Origin: Cyanophyceae cyanobacterium
GTDB taxonomy: Bacteria; Cyanobacteriota; Cyanobacteriia; Cyanobacteriales; JBHJGN01
DNA length: 64,000 nt
Assembly: GCA_050331735.1 (NCBI GenBank)
Contig: JBHJGN010000009.1
Coordinates: 1 to 64,000, forward strand
Direction of reading: 5' to 3'
In this document: positions 60,725 through 64,000 of the stretch, piece by piece
How the letters are laid out: every line of letters starts with the position of its first letter
How positions within the stretch are numbered: position 1 is the first letter of the stretch
Position numbers and translations under genes: made by a program
Notes under the pieces: generated by a model
Databases searched by the model: none
What the model was told of the DNA's origin: nothing
Seen by the model: only the letters and a program-made list of their open reading frames with translations

Positions 60725-62536
60725 ATGCGTTTGTCTCAAATGCTGTTTGTGACGCTGCGCGAAGAGCCAGCAGAAGCAGAAATTATCAGCCATAAACTCC
60801 TGTTACGCGCTGGCTTCATTCGCCGTATCGGTAGCGGAATTTATGCTTATTTACCGCTGATGTGGCGTGTGTTGCAAAAAATATCTCAGATCGTGCGCGA
60901 AGAAATGAACGCAACCGGAGCAGAGGAATGCCTGCTGCCGCAGCTACAGCCTGCGGAGTTGTGGAAAGAGTCCGGGCGCTGGGATACCTACACCAAGGCC
61001 GAAGGCATTATGTTTTCCCTCACGGATCGTCAGGAGCGAGAACTGGGATTAGGACCAACCCACGAAGAGGTGATTACCACGATCGCGAAAGAGATGATTC
61101 GCTCCTATCGCCAGCTTCCTCTCAATCTCTATCAGATTCAGACGAAGTTCCGCGATGAGATTCGCCCTCGATTCGGGCTGATGCGCGGACGGGAATTTAT
61201 TATGAAAGATGCTTACTCTTTCAACGCCAATGAAGAGAGCCTACAGCAGACTTACCAGGCGATGGCTCAGGCCTATCGCAATATTCTCAAGCGCTGTGGA
61301 TTAGCCTTTCGAGTGGTAGAAGCAGATTCGGGAGCCATTGGCGGCTCTGCCTCCCAAGAATTTATGGTGCTTGCCGACGCTGGGGAAGATGAAGTTCTCT
61401 ACACCGCAGATGGGAAATATGCCGCCAACGTTGAAAAAGCAGTGTCTCTGCCTGCTGACGCGCAACCTTCTCCCTTTACCCGCGATGAAAAGCGGGAAAC
61501 TCCCCAAACGGAGACCATTGCTAAACTCGCTCAGTTCCTCGACTGTTCTCCGACAGCGATTGTCAAAAACGTATTGTACGAGGCGGTATACGATTCTGGC
61601 ACGTCGGTGCTGGTGCTAGTCAGCATTCGGGGCGATCAGGATGTCAACGAAGTGAAGCTCCAAAATGAACTGACTCAATTAGCCTCCCAGTACAGTGGCC
61701 AAACTTTATTGGCGTTGACCGTCCCCGATGAAACGGCTCAAAATCGCTGGGCGGCTCACCCCTTACCGTTAGGCTATATCGCTCCCGATCTTAGCGATGA
61801 CTACATTCGTCCCGCTTCCCAGGTGGCTCCTCGTTTCCTCCGTCTCGCCGATAAAACCGCTGTCGAGCTGAAAAACTTTATCACCGGAGCCAACGAACGA
61901 GGATATCACGTGCTCGGAGCCAACTGGGGCGACCAGTTTCCATGGCCGGAACGAGTGGTGGATGTCCGGGAAGCACACGCTGGCGATCGCGCCCTGCACG
62001 ATCCCAGTCAAACGCTCGAGAGCGCTAGAGGCATCGAAATTGGTCATATCTTTCAGCTCGGAACCAAGTATTCCCAAGCCCTAGGAGCTTCCTATACGAG
62101 CGAACAGGGCGAGGAATTGCCCTTACACATGGGGTGCTACGGCGTGGGAGTTTCCCGCCTTGCTCAGGCCTCTGTCGAGCAGTCCTACGACCAGGACGGC
62201 ATTATTTGGCCCGTGGCGATCGCCCCCTATCCGGTTATCATTATCGTTCCTAACGTCACCGACCCTAAGCAAACTGAAGTGGCAGAGACGCTCTATCGTG
62301 ACTTGACTGAGGCCGGAATCGATACCCTTTTAGACGACCGCGATGAACGAGCCGGGGTGAAATTTAAAGATGCCGATTTAGTCGGGATTCCTTATCGCTT
62401 AGTCTGCGGACGTTCCCTCAAAGAAGGCCAGCTAGAGCTGGTTGAACGAGCCACGAAACAGTCTCAGTTGATTTCTGTTGACCGAGCGAAAGCCACCATC
62501 GAGAAACTGCTTTCAGAGGCCATCGCCAACGCATAA
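60725..62536 (+). CDS. proS: Proline--tRNA ligase
   Basis: [31 protein letters not shown] and MGCYG motifs. Confidence 0.97.
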   Translation: MRLSQMLFVTLREEPAEAEIISHKLLLRAGFIRRIGSGIYAYLPLMWRVLQKISQIVREEMNATGAEECLLPQLQPAELWKESGRWDTYTKAEGIMFSLTDRQERELGLGPTHEEVITTIAKEMIRSYRQLPLNLYQIQTKFRDEIRPRFGLMRGREFIMKDAYSFNANEESLQQTYQAMAQAYRNILKRCGLAFRVVEADSGAIGGSASQEFMVLADAGEDEVLYTADGKYAANVEKAVSLPADAQPSPFTRDEKRETPQTETIAKLAQFLDCSPTAIVKNVLYEAVYDSGTSVLVLVSIRGDQDVNEVKLQNELTQLASQYSGQTLLALTVPDETAQNRWAAHPLPLGYIAPDLSDDYIRPASQVAPRFLRLADKTAVELKNFITGANERGYHVLGANWGDQFPWPERVVDVREAHAGDRALHDPSQTLESARGIEIGHIFQLGTKYSQALGASYTSEQGEELPLHMGCYGVGVSRLAQASVEQSYDQDGIIWPVAIAPYPVIIIVPNVTDPKQTEVAETLYRDLTEAGIDTLLDDRDERAGVKFKDADLVGIPYRLVCGRSLKEGQLELVERATKQSQLISVDRAKATIEKLLSEAIANA

Positions 62537-62687
62537 GCAATCTTTTTAGGACAATCTTCTTCCTATCTCCGAATCTGCTTCATCGTAGCGAGAGCAAACA
62601 AGCAACCAGAGATCGCTCAACGCTTCGATCTGGGTACTGTAACTGTAATCAACTAGCCTACACCAGTTGAAAGACCGTTTTTGAGTA

Positions 62688-63242
62688 GTGAGCAGCATGT
62701 CAAGGCATTCCGCAGAAATTCAGCAGACAACTCCCAACAGCAAAGCCCAGGTTTACTCCAACGTGATGGAGCTCCTCGTAGATGAAGAAATTGCTAAACA
62801 GCGCCCCAACTACTCTAGAAGCTTAGCTCAGTATTTCAACCCAGTTGAAGTAGCTACCTACGCTCTTAACCGACTCCCCCCCCTGTACGCCTCTAGCAAA
62901 GAGGGGCTAGAGCGACAGAAACGGCGAGGTCGGCAAAAGTTTGGTGGCGACATCCGTAATGCCGTTCGTCAAGGATTTGCCGCTATCCAACGAGATCCCC
63001 TCAGACGCTCAACGCCTCTAACTCCAGAAAAACCTGAACCAGGTTGTGACCCACCCGAAGCCACTGCTATGTTAGAACTGGCAGAGCGGCTTTCTTCCCA
63101 AGATTATTTTTGGTCTATCAAAGTGAGTATGCTACAGCAATTAATAGAACAAGCGGCAACGAGAAAAATTACTCAGTCTGAAATAGAATCTGTCTTACGG
63201 TCGATGAATGATGTTTGGAATGATGAGCGCTACAGACGATAA
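62688..63242 (+). CDS. ComFB family protein
   Basis: NVMELLV.EEI and YALNRLPPLYA motifs. Confidence 0.8.
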   Translation: MSSMSRHSAEIQQTTPNSKAQVYSNVMELLVDEEIAKQRPNYSRSLAQYFNPVEVATYALNRLPPLYASSKEGLERQKRRGRQKFGGDIRNAVRQGFAAIQRDPLRRSTPLTPEKPEPGCDPPEATAMLELAERLSSQDYFWSIKVSMLQQLIEQAATRKITQSEIESVLRSMNDVWNDERYRR

Positions 63243-63287
63243 CCCCGGCGATCACGCCTGTCTTTGCTGAAACGACCGCCAGTCTAG

Positions 63288-63857
63288 CTATTCGTGTGGC
63301 CAAGCTAATCTCTGTCCTAACTGCGTGAGATCGAGAACGTGACCGCCCGTGACTAGATAAACGCAGTCAGCGCTCGCGCCGATGTTGCGGCTGAGGTTGC
63401 CGAGGCGATCGCGAAACTGTCTTCCGGCTGAGTAAGCAGGCACAACCCCCCACCCGGTTTCCTCGGCAACCAAAATGACAGTAGCTTGAGTTTGGGCTAA
63501 ACTAATGAGCAGTCGCGCCACTGTCTCTTCCCACGCTTCTGCATCCCACGAGAGCAAATTTGCGACCCACGAACCTAAAGAATCAACTAGGAGACAGCTT
63601 GAGGCAGAAGCGTACTCAATTTCTTCTGCCAGTGCCACCGGAACCGAGTGAGTTGTCCAATGGGAGGGCCGTCTCCGCTGATGTTTGTCGATCCGTTCGC
63701 ACCATTCCCGATCGTTCTCGTCGAGCAAAGCTGTTGCTACATAAACAACAGCCCGACCAGATTGAGTCGCTAAGGTTTCTGCCCATTCACTCTTGCCCGA
63801 GCGAGCGGCTCCCGTCACTAAAATGATCTGACTTGAGGGAGTGTTTTTTGAATTCAT
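63288..63857 (-). CDS. cobU: Adenosylcobinamide kinase / phosphate guanylyltransferase
   Basis: TGAARSGKS, YVATA, RI..H..RR and EETGWGVVP...R.FRD motifs. Confidence 0.93.
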   Translation of the reverse strand: MNSKNTPSSQIILVTGAARSGKSEWAETLATQSGRAVVYVATALLDENDREWCERIDKHQRRRPSHWTTHSVPVALAEEIEYASASSCLLVDSLGSWVANLLSWDAEAWEETVARLLISLAQTQATVILVAEETGWGVVPAYSAGRQFRDRLGNLSRNIGASADCVYLVTGGHVLDLTQLGQRLAWPHE

Positions 63858-64000
63858 GAAATACTAGAGTTAAAATGTTGCTCGTCAGAGTTCTTAAAGC
63901 GAGAATTTAACTAAGCTTAGTATCGAAGGGCTCAACCCCGATCCGCAAAGGTCGAGTAACATAGCCAGTCAAGAAAAAGTCATCAGAATCTACTAGGAAC

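Overview
Cyanobacterial chromosomal window (HIP1 GCGATCGC is frequent). The flanks are ordinary. Left: the left end of an IS200/IS605 element, a DUF928/haemagglutinin-like/TPR-CHAT trio, uraA, a ferredoxin, an LCP protein and mobA. Right: a vWA/solute-binding trio, efp-accB, proS and cobU. Between about 13.8 and 52.4 kb lies an energy/stress island: a Na+-type N-ATPase operon interrupted by a cation/H+ antiporter and a VapBC-like pair, a split hoxEF-UY-H-W hydrogenase cluster with hypAB, three universal stress proteins, Hsp20, CBS(-CP12) genes, a persulfide dioxygenase-like gene with ArsR, a P-type ATPase, a divergent MetK, L-LDH and PpsA. Main observation: 11 copies of a direct-repeat motif (consensus CCTCACAAGTTCCTCA, i.e. 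TTCCTCA-N4-TTCCTCA) each lie exactly 11 bp upstream of a TA-starting -10-like hexamer, in front of most transcription units of the island. I saw none in the flanks. This suggests a regulon controlled by an OmpR/PhoB-type activator, with a motif I do not recognise; low-oxygen/dark control is inferred from gene content only. The island also holds an unannotated 50-aa AtpTheta-like ORF just before atpD, an IF17 (gifB)-like gene behind a variant glutamine riboswitch, and a tandem IF7-like protein. Six copies of a 130-160 bp MITE with TTA/TAA target duplications occur, five of them inside the island. All family calls are from recalled motifs, not database searches.
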